32,000 nucleotides of DNA from Pseudoalteromonas tetraodonis (GCF_002310835.1 NZ_CP011041.1:1860001-1892000), one strand, 5' to 3'; shown: positions 1-9,068, numbered from the stretch's first letter. The notes: generated by a model from the letters alone, not told the origin. Numbers and translations are program-made.

Positions 1-743
1 TGCGCATCAGCAAGCGCTAAGTCTTGTGGCGTCGTGACAATCACGGTGCCACTGGCTGGCACTTTTTGGCTCATGGTTAATTGAATATCACCGGTACCTG
101 GCGGCATATCTACAATTAAATAATCAAGTTCACCCCAATCGGTTTCATTTAAAAGTTGACTAAGCGCGCCTGAGGCCATTGGGCCGCGCCATACGGTCGC
201 ATCATCGCTGGGGACTAAAAAACCGATAGATTGCGCTTTAATACCATTGGCATCAAACGGTTGTAATTGTTTATTGTCTTTTGTAACCGGCTCACTGCCA
301 ACTAATCCTAACAACATAGGAATTGACGGACCGTAAATGTCGGCATCTAGTATGCCTACTTTTGCGCCTTCATTTTTAAGCGAGCCCGCAAGATTTACAG
401 CCGTAGTAGATTTACCCACCCCACCTTTTCCTGAGGCGACTAAAACAATATGTTTAATGGCTTTAAACTTCGCAGCTTCTTTGAGGTGAACATTAGCCGT
501 TACGTTTACATCAACCTTTAAACGCTCAGTCAAAAATTGAGCCACGTGCGGCATTTCAGATTGCGCCGCAAAAGGGAGAATGAGTTTAACCGTAATTGAT
601 TTATCGGTGTTTTGAGTGATATCAGCAATGAAATCTTGCTCAATACCCACAGCGAAAGCGGCACTGCGATAGGCCGCTAGAGCAGAAATAATCGGTTGTT
701 TTTGCACCGATTTTGCAGAGAATAGTTTCGACAGTCCAAACAT
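1..743 (-). CDS. apbC: Fe-S cluster carrier ATPase Mrp/ApbC; the N-terminal ~247 aa are present and the gene runs off the window start
   Basis: Hand translation of the minus strand from ATG 743-741 gives MFGLSKLFSAKSVQKQP... It contains the deviant Walker A IVLVASGKGGVGKST (~400-440), VGILDADIYGP (~330-360) and DYLIVDMPPGTGD (~60-110). It is divergent from metG. It is absent from the ORF track because it is open at the window edge. Confidence 0.9.
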   Translation of the reverse strand, partial: MFGLSKLFSAKSVQKQPIISALAAYRSAAFAVGIEQDFIADITQNTDKSITVKLILPFAAQSEMPHVAQFLTERLKVDVNVTANVHLKEAAKFKAIKHIVLVASGKGGVGKSTTAVNLAGSLKNEGAKVGILDADIYGPSIPMLLGLVGSEPVTKDNKQLQPFDANGIKAQSIGFLVPSDDATVWRGPMASGALSQLLNETDWGELDYLIVDMPPGTGDIQLTMSQKVPASGTVIVTTPQDLALADA

Positions 744-825
744 AGCAATAAAATAGCGTTTCTTTGATGAAAAGTGCCACGGAATTATGTAACATTCAGG
801 GCATTAACACCAGTCAATTAGTAAA

Positions 826-868
826 TATCGATAAGCAGTGTGCTCTGTTATCACTTTGCTTATCGATA
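826..868. repeat. Perfect 12-bp inverted repeat TATCGATAAGCA / TGCTTATCGATA with a 19-bp spacer, in the apbC-metG divergent promoter region
   Basis: Read directly: 826-837 is the exact reverse complement of 857-868. Its function (operator or 5' UTR hairpin) is unknown. Confidence 0.5.
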
Positions 869-914
869 ATGTAATAATTTTCATCTGTTCCTGACTAGGA
901 ACGCTTAATTCGGA

Positions 915-2945
915 ATGATTATGGCACAGCGAAAGATCCTGATTACTAGCGCATTACCTTATGCCAATGGCCCTACCCATTTAGGGCATTTATTAGAGTA
1001 TATTCAAACTGATATTTGGTCGCGTTTTCAAAAACTACAAGGCCACGAAGCATACTATGTGTGCGCCGATGATGCTCATGGCACACCTATTATGCTTAAT
1101 GCGCAAAAGCAAGGGATCACGCCTGAGGAAATGGTAAAAAACGTTAGTATCGAGCGCCAACGCGACTTTGCTGATTTTAATATCAAATTTGATAATTACC
1201 ACAGTACCCATAGCCAAGAGAATAAAGAATTTAGTGAGCTTATTTATAACCGCCTTAACGATGCCGGTCATATCAAAAAGCACACTATTTCACAGTTATT
1301 CGATCCAGAAAAAGGCATTTTTCTGCCAGATCGCTTTGTTACTGGCACGTGTCCTACATGTAAATCAGAAGATCAGAACGGGGATAGCTGTGATGCCTGT
1401 GGCGCAACCTACAGCCCAACCGAGCTAATCAACCCACGCTCTGTTATGTCGGGTGCTGAGCCTATCTTAAAAGATTCTGAGCATTACTTTTTTGATTTAC
1501 CCGCCTTTGAAGACATGCTTAAAGAGTGGCTACATTCAGGCACAATTCAACAAGAAATGGCCAACAAGTTAGATGAGTGGTTTGCCGATGGTCTCCAGCA
1601 ATGGGACATCAGCCGTGATGCACCTTATTTTGGTTTTGAAATTCCAAACGCACCAGGTAAATACTTTTACGTATGGCTAGATGCGCCTATTGGTTATATG
1701 GCGAGCTTTAAAAACTTATGTGACAAACAAGGCATCGACTTTGATGCATTTTGGCAAGAAGGTTCAGACGCTGAGCTTTATCACTTTATTGGTAAAGACA
1801 TCATCTATTTCCACAGCCTATTTTGGCCTGCTATGTTAGAAGGCGCTCAATTTAGAAAGCCAACTAATGTGTTCGCCCATGGTTTTGTTACGGTCAATGG
1901 CGCAAAAATGTCTAAATCAAAAGGCACGTTTATTAAAGCGCGTACTTATTTAGATAACCTAGACCCAGAATTTTTACGTTACTACTACGCAGCTAAACTT
2001 AATAGTGGCATTACCGATTTAGATTTAAACCTTGAAGATTTTGCACAACGTGTAAACTCAGACTTAGTGGGTAAAGTAGTGAATATTGCCAGTCGTTGTG
2101 CTGGTTTTATTACTAAAAAGTTCGACGGTAAGCTGAGCAATACAGTTATGCAACCTCAATTGCTTGCAGAATTCCAGAACGCATCAGCGACAATCACCGA
2201 ATATTACGAGAACCGTGAATACAGCCGCGCAATCCGTGAAATTATGGCACTTGCTGATAAAGCAAACCAGTTCATTGATAATGCCGCGCCTTGGGTGCTT
2301 ATTAAAGACGAGTCAAAGCAAGAAGAAGCGCATCAGGTATGTTCGTTAGGACTTAACTTATTCCGCGTACTGATCACTTACTTAAAGCCTGTACTGCCTG
2401 GTATGGCCACAAATGTTGAAGCCTTTTTAAATGATGAATTATCTTGGCAGGGTGCGCAAACAGCGTTAGTAAACCACCCTATCAATAAATTTAAGCCGTT
2501 AATGCAACGTGTAGAAATGGATAAAGTGAATAAAATGGTTGAAGAATCAAAAGAAAGTTTAGTTGCTGAAAAAGACAAAATCGATCCTAATAGCCCGCTT
2601 GCGAAAGAGCCTATTAGCGAAGAGATTGAGTTTGATGACTTTGCAAAGGTAGACCTGCGTGTTGCTAAAATTGCCAAAGCAGAGCACGTAGAAGGCGCTG
2701 ACAAACTACTTAAGTTAACCCTTGATTTAGGCGGTGAAACTCGCCAAGTGTTTGCTGGAATTAAATCGGCTTACGCACCAGAAGACATTGAAGGTAAATT
2801 AACGGTAATGGTTGCTAACCTCAAACCACGTAAAATGCGTTTTGGAATGTCTGAAGGCATGGTACTTGCGGCAGGCCCTGGTGGTAAAGAAATTTACATT
2901 CTTAACCCAGACGACGGCTCTGAGCCGGGTATGCGCGTAATGTAA
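915..2945 (+). CDS. metG: Methionine--tRNA ligase
   Basis: 676-aa ORF with [28 protein letters not shown] (HIGH region), KMSKSKG (KMSKS), the CPTC...CDAC zinc knuckle and a C-terminal tRNA-binding (EMAP/Trbp111-like) domain. It is colinear with E. coli MetG as I remember it. The alternative start ATG 921 (MAQRK...) has better GGAA spacing. Confidence 0.97.
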   Translation: MIMAQRKILITSALPYANGPTHLGHLLEYIQTDIWSRFQKLQGHEAYYVCADDAHGTPIMLNAQKQGITPEEMVKNVSIERQRDFADFNIKFDNYHSTHSQENKEFSELIYNRLNDAGHIKKHTISQLFDPEKGIFLPDRFVTGTCPTCKSEDQNGDSCDACGATYSPTELINPRSVMSGAEPILKDSEHYFFDLPAFEDMLKEWLHSGTIQQEMANKLDEWFADGLQQWDISRDAPYFGFEIPNAPGKYFYVWLDAPIGYMASFKNLCDKQGIDFDAFWQEGSDAELYHFIGKDIIYFHSLFWPAMLEGAQFRKPTNVFAHGFVTVNGAKMSKSKGTFIKARTYLDNLDPEFLRYYYAAKLNSGITDLDLNLEDFAQRVNSDLVGKVVNIASRCAGFITKKFDGKLSNTVMQPQLLAEFQNASATITEYYENREYSRAIREIMALADKANQFIDNAAPWVLIKDESKQEEAHQVCSLGLNLFRVLITYLKPVLPGMATNVEAFLNDELSWQGAQTALVNHPINKFKPLMQRVEMDKVNKMVEESKESLVAEKDKIDPNSPLAKEPISEEIEFDDFAKVDLRVAKIAKAEHVEGADKLLKLTLDLGGETRQVFAGIKSAYAPEDIEGKLTVMVANLKPRKMRFGMSEGMVLAAGPGGKEIYILNPDDGSEPGMRVM

Positions 2946-2957
2946 TTATTATCGCTT

Positions 2958-2987
2958 AAAGCCGCTAATATTTAGCGGCTTTTTTTT
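2958..2987 (+). terminator. Rho-independent terminator after metG
   Basis: Stem AAAGCCGCTA / TAGCGGCTTT with loop ATATT, followed by a T-run. Confidence 0.8.
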
Positions 2988-3057
2988 CATCTGTTATTTA
3001 GCTATTATAATAAGAATTTTTAACGCCGCTATTCTGTGGTTTACTTCCTGAAAATAA

Positions 3058-3876
3058 TTAAGCATTATTGCGATTTGATATTACTGCAACAACTTTTGCT
3101 AAGTGAATCACCAAGCTTTGCGAGCTAATATACACAAACCAGTTTATATAGCGCACTTGAGGGTAAAAGCCTTGCCCCTGATTACCATAAATCCAAAAAG
3201 CACCAATAATGGCATCAGCCAATGCAGCAAGGAAAAGCCCTAAGCTCACCCACACTATTGGTTTGGGTGCGTTAGTCCCACCATAGGCAACAACTAATAC
3301 CAGACCCATAAGCCCAACAGCCGTTATCACTAAACTATAGACCCCAGTCATAGCTAAAATAGTATCTCCTACCCCCTCAAGATACATAGAAGAGAGCGAC
3401 GCACTACTTAGCACCAACACAACAACAAAAAAAAGTGCACTTTTTATAAGCGACACCCGACGTTTTATATTAAAAGCTAACACACAGGCTATAAATAAAA
3501 GGCTGTAACCAGGTGCAAAAAATAAGATTGAATCCACTAAGTAATCATGTTTTATCAAGGTACTATAGCGATAATAGTGTTGGGGTAAATTAAAATTAAT
3601 CACATCACCCGCGATACACAACATAAAAGCGCCACTGCCTAAAAGAGCAATAAAGCGTAATTGTTGGTCTTTAAAACGTTTAAATACCCAAGCTGACATC
3701 GTTACACTATTAAACATAAGTAAGCAGAGGGAACTCAGTGACAACAGCATTAAAACACTTTTATTTTCAGGCGCAAGTAGCCCTATTAACATCACAGCTA
3801 AAGCGCACAGCCAAGCTATAAAAGTAATAATTTGATGCGGATGTTTTATAGATAACGGATTAATTGCACTATCCAA
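3058..3876 (-). CDS. Multi-pass inner membrane protein, possibly YhhN/lysoplasmalogenase-like
   Basis: 272-aa ORF that is almost entirely hydrophobic helices. The motifs CIAGDVINF and AALADAIIGAF resemble the GD / SD motifs of the YhhN family. The family call rests on memory only. Confidence 0.55.
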   Translation of the reverse strand: MDSAINPLSIKHPHQIITFIAWLCALAVMLIGLLAPENKSVLMLLSLSSLCLLMFNSVTMSAWVFKRFKDQQLRFIALLGSGAFMLCIAGDVINFNLPQHYYRYSTLIKHDYLVDSILFFAPGYSLLFIACVLAFNIKRRVSLIKSALFFVVVLVLSSASLSSMYLEGVGDTILAMTGVYSLVITAVGLMGLVLVVAYGGTNAPKPIVWVSLGLFLAALADAIIGAFWIYGNQGQGFYPQVRYINWFVYISSQSLVIHLAKVVAVISNRNNA

Positions 3877-3923
3877 CCTTTAAAATTAATAACGTTAACT
3901 TAGCAAGTTTTTATCGTCCAAGG

Positions 3924-4193
3924 CTATTTTTTGTTTTGCATGTGCTGCATTTCTTTTTGTATTTTAAGCCGACATTGCGCTAACTGTTCGAGTCGAATTG
4001 CTTTAATAGCGGCTAATGGATCTTGTGCATTAAGTCCACCAGCATCATGGTTATTTTGTTGGTTTATTATTTTACTCTCACCGTGCTTATTGTGCATATC
4101 TTTTCTCTTGAAACTGTTTATCGATTTTAGGCGCGATGCCTTAAGTAAAAAGTGCTTAAACGCTAAACGATTTACTTGAAAAACACCTGACAC
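3924..4193 (-). CDS. Hypothetical small basic protein; coding strand uncertain
   Basis: 89-aa ORF with a helical-looking C-terminus (DPLAAIKAIRLEQLAQCRLKIQKEMQ). An 82-aa ORF on the + strand (3931-4179) overlaps it fully, so the strand cannot be settled by eye. I recognise no homology. Confidence 0.3.
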   Translation of the reverse strand: MSGVFQVNRLAFKHFLLKASRLKSINSFKRKDMHNKHGESKIINQQNNHDAGGLNAQDPLAAIKAIRLEQLAQCRLKIQKEMQHMQNKK

Positions 4194-4231
4194 CCTGTAT
4201 ATTAGAACCTTCTAATATTTAGAGGTGTATT

Positions 4232-4774
4232 ATGCGCATTATTTTGTTTTTTTCCAGTTTATTTCTTTCATCCGCTGCTTTTGCTAGCAATACCGACGAG
4301 GCACGACAAACCATTAAGGCATTTTCAAGTGATTTAAAACAGGTACTGGTTAGTACTATGAAACAAAGCGGCCCACTAGCGGCAATAAGTGTATGTAATA
4401 CAGCTGCACCCGCTATCGCTTCACAACATAGCAATAGTCCTTGGCAAATTAGCCGCAGTGCTTTGAAAACTCGTAACTCAGATAATCAACCCGATGCATG
4501 GCTCAAAAATGTTTTATTAAACTTTGAACAACGTAAGCTCAATGGCGAGCCGGTAGCAAGCATAGAATATCAAGAGCAAAGACCGGATGGCTGGTATTTT
4601 GTAAAAGCGATTCCTACTCAAAAAGCGTGTTTAGCGTGTCATGGCAGTCAGATTGACCCCACAGTTTCTAAAAAAATAGCGACTTTATACCCTAATGATC
4701 AGGCAACTGATTTTAAACTGGGTGACATTCGTGGCGCATTTGTTGTTAAAAGGGCCAGTGAAAATCACCAATGA
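4232..4774 (+). CDS. Periplasmic DUF3365 (Tll0287-like) domain protein with a c-type haem motif
   Basis: Signal peptide MRIILFFSSLFLSSAAFA, a single CxxCH (CLACHG) and a good SD (GAGGTG) upstream. The overall pattern matches DUF3365 proteins as I recall them. Confidence 0.7.
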   Translation: MRIILFFSSLFLSSAAFASNTDEARQTIKAFSSDLKQVLVSTMKQSGPLAAISVCNTAAPAIASQHSNSPWQISRSALKTRNSDNQPDAWLKNVLLNFEQRKLNGEPVASIEYQEQRPDGWYFVKAIPTQKACLACHGSQIDPTVSKKIATLYPNDQATDFKLGDIRGAFVVKRASENHQ

Positions 4775-4788
4775 TAATTCATTGAAGA

Positions 4789-5310
4789 TCAGCTATTAAA
4801 TTTTACCGCATCGGATGCAATACGCTTTTTACGCCTAACATATAAAGTATGTGGCAGCATAAGTAATTGATTTAATAAAATAGCTAATACCAATGCAAAC
4901 AACACTGCACTCGCGGTTAAAGGGATACCTAACTTAAAGTTATCAAGTGTATTTTGTAATCTGTCAACGCGCTCAGGGGAGAACATATACAGCATTTTTT
5001 GCACTAAATTACCTTGTTCAAAAATAGCCATCCCTTTTTTTAAATCGGCAAATTGCAGTAATGTTTGCTGTTTTTGATTTGCATCGGCTCTAACGCTAGG
5101 TTCAGGGTTAGCTAAGTGGCGGTTTATCATCGCTTGCGTGCTAGAAAAGTTATATTGCTTGGCCGTTTTTGCATAGCCGTCGACTTGCCATTTTGTTGCA
5201 TGGTATAAGCCCGCTAAATGTTGTTGGTAATGATCACTCAGCTGCGGTAGTTGCAATGAAACAATAAAAGCGCAAGCAAATATTAACTTATCGAACAGGT
5301 TAACGATCAT
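4789..5310 (-). CDS. DUF2937-like membrane protein
   Basis: 173 aa with N- and C-terminal hydrophobic helices flanking a soluble core. The N-terminus (...LQLPQLSDHYQQHLAG...) resembles DUF2937 family members; this is a memory-based call. Confidence 0.5.
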   Translation of the reverse strand: MIVNLFDKLIFACAFIVSLQLPQLSDHYQQHLAGLYHATKWQVDGYAKTAKQYNFSSTQAMINRHLANPEPSVRADANQKQQTLLQFADLKKGMAIFEQGNLVQKMLYMFSPERVDRLQNTLDNFKLGIPLTASAVLFALVLAILLNQLLMLPHTLYVRRKKRIASDAVKFNS

Positions 5311-5335
5311 AATAATCCCTTGTGCTGCGTTTAAT

Positions 5336-5373
5336 AAAAGTGACTACTGTTAACTATAGCAGGTAGTCGCTTT
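5336..5373 (-). terminator. Probable rho-independent terminator downstream of the deaminase gene
   Basis: On the minus strand, the imperfect stem AGCGACTACCTG / CAGTAGTCACT is followed by TTTTATT. Confidence 0.5.
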
Positions 5374-5401
5374 AGTCTAAATACCATGCGCTGCTGCGCT
5401 G

Positions 5402-5878
5402 TTAATCTGCTTGGTGGAATTGACGATGTAGGGCGTGAACCTGCTCAACAAGTGCTGGTACGGGCCCATAAACAGCGACATTAGGAGCAACCGCTTCAAT
5501 AGGTAACGGGTTAACCGGCGACTTAGTCATTTTGAGCTCGCTAAGCCAGCTAGTTAATTGCGCAGATGAACTGACATACATAATTCGACCTAAGCCAACC
5601 CAGGCGTGTGCCGCAGCACACATAGGACAATGTTCTCCTGAGGTATACACTGTGGCGCTGGCGCGTTGCTCTGGGGTCATATTGTTGGCTGCCCAACGAG
5701 CAATCTCAAATTCAGGATGACGAGTATGATCGCCACCCGCAACACGGTTGCGATCTTCCATACATACATGCCCATTAGCATCAACAAGGACTGAGCCAAA
5801 CGGTTCATCACCTGCTTCTAACGCCTCTTTAGCTAGCGCTACGGTGCGTTTTAAGTGCGCTAAATCAGTCTCGTTCAT
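5402..5878 (-). CDS. Zinc-dependent nucleoside/nucleotide deaminase (CMP/dCMP deaminase fold)
   Basis: 158 aa with HPEFE (H-x-E zinc/catalytic motif) and CPMCAAA (PCxxC-type zinc ligands) at the spacing typical of the cytidine/guanine deaminase superfamily. Confidence 0.85.
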   Translation of the reverse strand: MNETDLAHLKRTVALAKEALEAGDEPFGSVLVDANGHVCMEDRNRVAGGDHTRHPEFEIARWAANNMTPEQRASATVYTSGEHCPMCAAAHAWVGLGRIMYVSSSAQLTSWLSELKMTKSPVNPLPIEAVAPNVAVYGPVPALVEQVHALHRQFHQAD

Positions 5879-5936
5879 AATCTGTAAACTCCTTTACTAT
5901 CACTTTTGGGGATATTTAGTAACGTGATCAGTTTTT

Positions 5937-6467
5937 CTACTGCGCTAACCATAACGCTTTGATCCCTGCTTTTGCAACACGTACATCCTCACTGCCATGA
6001 GCACCGCCAACTCCCACAGCCCCCACCACAGTATCGTTTATATAAATAGGCACCCCGCCATCCAATATTAAAATGTTTTCATCTAAATAACGAAGGTCTG
6101 CTGGAATAGTGCCCTCATTTATGCCTTTTGCTATAACTGCGGTTTCTCGCTTTTGCGAATTGGCGGTATAGGCTTTTTTATAACTGGCACGAATAGTATG
6201 AACACCGGCACGATGATCGCGAAGTACCGCCAGCGTTTGCCCAGATGCATCCACAACGGTTATTGATACAGCTAAATTGTCCTTGAGCGCCGCTGCAGAC
6301 GCTGCATTGACTATACGCTGTGCCATTTCACCCGTTAATTGTGCCACCATAGCCACATTTTCAAGCTGTTGATTATAAGTATTTATCTGCATTTCAGTTT
6401 GTCCAGCAACAGACGCTAATGAAGAAAGTGATGCAATGAGCGCTGTAAAAATAGCCCGTTTTTTCAT
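5937..6467 (-). CDS. GlcG/HbpS-like haem-binding protein (DUF336), secreted
   Basis: Signal peptide followed by [33 protein letters not shown], the hallmark GlcG/DUF336 C-terminal motif. Confidence 0.8.
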   Translation of the reverse strand: MKKRAIFTALIASLSSLASVAGQTEMQINTYNQQLENVAMVAQLTGEMAQRIVNAASAAALKDNLAVSITVVDASGQTLAVLRDHRAGVHTIRASYKKAYTANSQKRETAVIAKGINEGTIPADLRYLDENILILDGGVPIYINDTVVGAVGVGGAHGSEDVRVAKAGIKALWLAQ

Positions 6468-6708
6468 GGTTTATTTCCTATTGTTAATTAATGACGTTAT
6501 ATCGCTGAACTGGATATAAAAAATTGAAAATAAACAGACCGTGTTTACTCATAAAAGCTTTCACTAGGAGGGTTAATAGCAGGCTTTGCTTTTTATAAAA
6601 TACTTTTATTGGGATAAGGTAATGTAACCCCCCTTTTTTAAAATGATCGTAAGCTAGCAACTCGGCGTAATATTTAACCGACAACTAATCAATTTAAAGG
6701 AAAGTAAC

Positions 6709-7209
6709 ATGTTTAAGAAAATAGCGTCTGTTCTGACTTTTGTATTAGCAAGTTTAACCCTATCTACAGCAGCTCATGCCGATCACCATGGTATGAAAAA
6801 AGATATCGTTGATGTAGCTGCTGCCAATGGATCGTTTTCAACACTCGTTGCTGCCGTCAAAGCAGCAGGCCTTGTTGATACGTTAAAAGGAGATGGTCCT
6901 TTTACTGTATTTGCGCCAACTGATGAGGCATTTGCTAAACTACCAGCAGGTACCGTTGAAAACCTTCTTAAGAGCGAAAATAAAGACAAGTTAACTGCAA
7001 TTCTTACCTACCATGTGGTATCAGGTAAAGTAATGGCTGCAGACGTTGTAAAATTAGACAGTGCAACGACCGTGCAAGGCCAGTCTGTGAATGTAACCAC
7101 CAATGATGGCTCTGTCATGATCAACAATGCAAACGTAGTAATGGCAGATGTAAAAGCCAGCAACGGCGTGATTCATGTCATTGATACTGTTTTGTTGCCA
7201 AAAGAGTAA
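6709..7209 (+). CDS. Fasciclin (FAS1) domain protein, secreted
   Basis: Signal peptide; [24 protein letters not shown] and [13 protein letters not shown] are the canonical FAS1 H1/H2 motifs. Confidence 0.9.
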   Translation: MFKKIASVLTFVLASLTLSTAAHADHHGMKKDIVDVAAANGSFSTLVAAVKAAGLVDTLKGDGPFTVFAPTDEAFAKLPAGTVENLLKSENKDKLTAILTYHVVSGKVMAADVVKLDSATTVQGQSVNVTTNDGSVMINNANVVMADVKASNGVIHVIDTVLLPKE

Positions 7210-7224
7210 CAATCTAATCTCCAC

Positions 7225-7249
7225 AGCGGAGTAAAATACTAACTCCGCT
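7225..7249 (+). terminator. Weak candidate terminator hairpin after the fasciclin gene
   Basis: AGCGGAGT / ACTCCGCT 8-bp stem with a 9-nt loop. No clear T-run follows. Confidence 0.35.
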
Positions 7250-7358
7250 CACTATTACAAGCACAAAGTATTATTTTCTTTTACTAAATGCCCTCTTTTA
7301 TACTAGTGATTTTTACACTATATTAAAAGATAATTAAGCGTCTGTTAATATTGAGAAA

Positions 7359-8078
7359 GTGTTTGTGGAAACAAATAAAAATAATACTACTGTTGAAGAT
7401 AAACCAACTGAAGATCAAAAGAAGTTTTTCCTCGATTTACTCCCGGGAAAGCTAATTGATATACAATTTAACAATCCCATTCAGGTTCGCTTTAAACTCA
7501 CTTTAATCGGCTACGACACCGGTAAATATTTAATATTAAAATACCCTGCTCAAGCAGGTAAAAATGATTACAGCGACATTTTAGTTGAAGGTAATGGGGC
7601 TATTGTACGTTATATCATTGAAGACGAACGGGGCGAATGTGTTGCTTTTTCAACCAGCATATTAGCGATTTCATTTCGCCCTGAACGATTAATTTATTTA
7701 GCTTACCCTAAAAAAATTGAAAGCCGCCAATTACGTGAAACTAGCAGGTTGCCTACACACATTCCGGCTAAAATTAGTTTACATAAAGGCGATATTGATG
7801 CTGATAATAAAAGCTTATTGCACGGTTTAATTATTGATATTTCTCCGAGTGGTTGTCGCTTTGCTATTCACGTAAGCTCTGGATTTGTTGCACTAAAAAA
7901 ACGTCAAGTTTTTGTGCATATACTTTCTCCATTAGACAACGAGCCTGTTATTATTACGTCTTACATTAGGAATAACCAAATGAAAGGCAACCGCCTTAGC
8001 GTTGGTATAGAGTTTGATGCTTCAGAGCAAGTTAAGCTTAACAAGCTATTAGAAGCTTACTCGATTGATATTGATTAA
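7359..8078 (+). CDS. PilZ domain protein (YcgR-like architecture), putative c-di-GMP receptor
   Basis: 239 aa. RQLRETSR (RxxxR) and DISPSGCRF (D/NxSxxG) are the two PilZ c-di-GMP binding motifs, preceded by a YcgR-N-like beta-barrel region. The start is GTG. Confidence 0.8.
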   Translation: MFVETNKNNTTVEDKPTEDQKKFFLDLLPGKLIDIQFNNPIQVRFKLTLIGYDTGKYLILKYPAQAGKNDYSDILVEGNGAIVRYIIEDERGECVAFSTSILAISFRPERLIYLAYPKKIESRQLRETSRLPTHIPAKISLHKGDIDADNKSLLHGLIIDISPSGCRFAIHVSSGFVALKKRQVFVHILSPLDNEPVIITSYIRNNQMKGNRLSVGIEFDASEQVKLNKLLEAYSIDID

Positions 8079-8108
8079 TGCCTTAAATAATCCTACCTGC
8101 AAAAACAG

Positions 8109-8138
8109 CAATGGCTAACCAATCTTGCTTAGCCATTG
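8109..8138. terminator. Bidirectional terminator hairpin between the convergent PilZ and signal peptidase genes
   Basis: CAATGGCTAA / TTAGCCATTG 10-bp perfect stem with a 10-nt loop. It is A-rich upstream, and a T-run lies a few bases downstream. Confidence 0.55.
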
Positions 8139-8152
8139 TAATAGTTAGTTTT

Positions 8153-8737
8153 TTATTCTAAACGCTTCAAAAACCGGTCACTTCTTGGCAAGTAGTAATC
8201 ATCATAATCAAGCGAGACAATCACTCGCTCTGCCCGACCCAGCAACTCATCACGTGGAATTAATCCAATAACCCGTGAGTCCGCACTGTTATCGCGGTTA
8301 TCACCCATAACCAGATAATGATCTGCTGCTATTGGTGTTGCCGGAAACTGCACTAAGCTTGCTGCCGATTTGGTAAGCCGTATGGTATGAGCATGCCCCT
8401 TTAAGTGCTCAGTTTTATCTAGCCACCGAATACTCTCGTTTAAAGTGCTATAACTTACTTTCTCGCCATTAATGGTCAATTCGTTATTTTGCAATGAAAC
8501 TATATCACCTGGTGTGCCAATAACGCGTTTTATTAAACGGTTATCCGCCACTTTAGAATCAAATACAATAATATCGCCGGTTTGTGGTTCTGCCAGTCTT
8601 AACAGGGATACATGCGTAAATGGTATACGTAAATCATACGCCATTTTATCGGTAAGGATTCGGTCGCCTTCTTCAATAGTCGGTTTCATTGAACCTGTTG
8701 GTACTTCGTACCAATCGGCGACGGCACTACGAAACAC
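8153..8737 (-). CDS. S26 signal peptidase I paralog; catalytic portion only, with the N-terminal anchor separated by an inserted element
   Basis: Contains GSMKPT (catalytic Ser box), LIKRVIG (Lys box) and GDNRDNSADSR (box E). The track ORF starts at an internal GTG. The in-frame sequence continues upstream (IVFIILKS...) into the repeat element and reaches a stop at 8795-8797. Confidence 0.85.
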   Translation of the reverse strand: MFRSAVADWYEVPTGSMKPTIEEGDRILTDKMAYDLRIPFTHVSLLRLAEPQTGDIIVFDSKVADNRLIKRVIGTPGDIVSLQNNELTINGEKVSYSTLNESIRWLDKTEHLKGHAHTIRLTKSAASLVQFPATPIAADHYLVMGDNRDNSADSRVIGLIPRDELLGRAERVIVSLDYDDYYLPRSDRFLKRLE

Positions 8738-8762
8738 ACTCTTTAAAATAATAAAAACAATA

Positions 8763-9027
8763 GGGCCTGTTGACCTTTGCGGATTGGAATTTGTTCAAAC
8801 AAGGGGCGATTTAATCGCGGCGCGAGGTTTGTAACCTAGTGGGCTAAGTAAAAACCGAGTAACAAAGAGTTAATCGCCCCTTGGAAGAACCCTTTGGGCA
8901 ATACCTGTTTGGCATTGATGCTACGTTATCGCCTATTTATGGGGAATAACCACACCACATAGGCTCTGCCTTGCTTAAATACCAAACAGACTACTGCAAA
9001 TTCAACCTTGAAAGGTTAACAGGCCCT
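8763..9027. mobile_element. 265-bp non-coding element with terminal inverted repeats (MITE/ERIC-like, long form) inserted in the signal peptidase gene
   Basis: The ends GGGCCTGTTGACCTTT... and ...AAAGGTTAACAGGCCC are inverted repeats (16 bp with 1 mismatch, extending imperfectly to ~30 bp). There is an internal 12-bp perfect stem, 8800-8811 / 8872-8883. TA flanks both sides. It has no ORF with a plausible product. Related copies lie at 10747-10887 and 24964-25180. Confidence 0.6.
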
Positions 9028-9068
9028 TAAGAACGGTTATTTTTCCAAAATTTATAAAGTCGCTTCAT
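9027..9068 (-). pseudogene. Detached 5' fragment of the signal peptidase gene (MKRLYKFWKNNRS, then a stop at the element junction)
   Basis: Minus-strand ATG 9068-9066 reads MKRLYKFWKNNRS then TAA (9029-9027) exactly at the element border. Deleting 8763-9027 joins it in frame to IVFIILKSVFRSAVADWYEVPTGSMKPT. Confidence 0.55.

Noticed and set aside
1035-2704. Several ORFs (1035-1283 minus, 1168-1428 plus, 2164-2349 plus, 2378-2704 minus) inside metG
   Set aside because: All are off-frame or antisense within the strongly supported metG reading frame. Their translations are low-complexity, and none has an independent signal.
4219-4434. 71-aa minus-strand ORF overlapping the start of the DUF3365 gene
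   Set aside because: It is antisense to a gene that has a signal peptide, an SD and a haem motif. It is a shadow ORF.
6484-6684. 66-aa minus-strand ORF between the GlcG and fasciclin genes
   Set aside because: It lies in an AT-rich divergent promoter region. It has no convincing SD, and its product is Lys/Tyr/Phe/Leu-rich, as expected from AT-rich non-coding sequence.
8472-8834. 120-aa plus-strand ORF running from the peptidase gene into the repeat element
   Set aside because: It is antisense to a well-supported S26 peptidase ORF and continues into non-coding repeat sequence. It is a shadow ORF.
8763-9027. Self-splicing intron (group I-like) interrupting the signal peptidase gene
   Set aside because: Related copies lie in intergenic DNA (10747-10887 and 24964-25180). 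The ends are long inverted repeats rather than P1/omega-G-type boundaries. On the gene's sense strand the element does not end in G, and I see no recognisable catalytic-core pairings. A MITE/ERIC-like repeat explains it better.
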